Positions 63,265-64,000 of a stretch of DNA of 64,000 bases are shown here, in pieces. Source of the DNA: Methanobacteriota archaeon (GTDB lineage: Archaea > Methanobacteriota > Methanobacteria > Methanobacteriales > Methanobacteriaceae); the NCBI GenBank assembly GCA_963787255.1, contig CAWBCJ010000029.1, positions 736,001 to 800,000 of the forward strand, in the 5' to 3' direction. The notes below the pieces were generated by a model, which worked only from the letters and a program-made list of their open reading frames with translations, had not been told where the DNA came from and searched no databases. Position 1 is the first letter of the stretch, and each line of letters starts with the position of its first letter. The translations under genes were made by a program, and so were the position numbers.

Positions 63265-64000
63265 ATGTTACATGGAACAGAAGTTTTAAAGAAAGGATTC
63301 GCCAAAATGACTAAAGGTGGAGTCATAATGGACGTTGTAAATGCAGAACAAGCAGAAATTGCAGAAAATTCAGGGGCAGTAGCAGTAATGGCACTTGAAA
63401 AGGTTCCAGCAGACATAAGAGCTGAAGGAGGAGTTGCAAGAATGGCAGATCCTTCAAAGGTTATTGAAATAATGGATGCAGTCTCAATACCAGTCATGGC
63501 AAAAGTAAGGATAGGGCATTTTGTAGAAGCGCAGATACTTGAATCCCTGGGCGTGGACATGATCGACGAAAGCGAAGTTTTAACCCCTGCAGATGAAAAA
63601 TATCACGTTGATAAAAAGAAATTTACAATCCCCTTTGTATGCGGTGCAAGGAATCTGGGTGAAGCCCTTAGAAGAATAGATGAAGGTGCAGCCATGATAA
63701 GGACCAAAGGAGAGGCTGGAACTGGTAACGTTGTTGAAGCGGTAAGGCACATGAGAAAAATACAAGGTACCATTAGAGAGATCCAGAATAAAACTGAAGA
63801 AGAACTCTGGGGAGTAGCAAGAGAAATAGAAGCTCCTTACAAACTGGTAAAACAAACAGCCGAACTTGGAAAGTTACCTGTTGTAAACTTTGCTGCTGGT
63901 GGAGTTGCAACACCTGCAGATGCAGCTTTAATGATGCAGCTTGGAGCAGACGGTGTTTTTGTTGGATCAGGTATATTCAAATCAGAAAAACCTGAGGTCG
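63265..64000 (+). CDS. pdxS: Pyridoxal 5'-phosphate synthase lyase subunit (runs off window end)
   Basis: Manual translation [25 protein letters not shown]...[10 protein letters not shown]...[12 protein letters not shown]...[10 protein letters not shown]...[13 protein letters not shown]; GGAGG RBS. Confidence 0.97.
   Translation, partial: MLHGTEVLKKGFAKMTKGGVIMDVVNAEQAEIAENSGAVAVMALEKVPADIRAEGGVARMADPSKVIEIMDAVSIPVMAKVRIGHFVEAQILESLGVDMIDESEVLTPADEKYHVDKKKFTIPFVCGARNLGEALRRIDEGAAMIRTKGEAGTGNVVEAVRHMRKIQGTIREIQNKTEEELWGVAREIEAPYKLVKQTAELGKLPVVNFAAGGVATPADAALMMQLGADGVFVGSGIFKSEKPEV

Overview
AT-rich, gene-dense chromosomal segment of a pseudomurein-walled methanogenic archaeon, most likely Methanobacterium or another Methanobacteriaceae member. 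Indicators are comA, tfuA, a methanogenesis-marker-16-type protein, hypD, tfe, spt5, GGGP synthase, archaeal ribosomal proteins and archaeal Mur-like ligases. Most of the window is conserved housekeeping: cbiJ, P-type ATPase, carAB, ftsZ, secE-spt5-rpl11-rpl1-rpl10-rpl12, alaS, rpl40e, tsr3, rps3ae, apgM-glmM-glmU, hisC and pdxS. I found no rRNA, tRNA, CRISPR array or transposase. Main points of interest: (1) a probable pseudomurein operon with a 932-aa fusion of two complete Mur ligases that retains an internal RBS+GTG at the junction, a third Mur ligase, a secreted VanW-like Cys/His protein (candidate cross-linking or remodelling enzyme) and a MobA-like nucleotidyltransferase; (2) an uncharacterised ABC ATPase + UreG/HypB-like GTPase + Fe-S protein module coupled to comA; (3) tfuA without its usual ycaO partner, next to a Cys-type LarE with an extra domain; (4) an 18-bp palindrome shared by three promoter regions; (5) features missed by the ORF track, namely a frameshifted UPF0146 gene, a CPBP protease pseudogene, rpl40e, a 51-aa zinc-ribbon gene and the L1 autoregulatory RNA element. 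All family assignments come from motif recognition by eye; no database searches were run.
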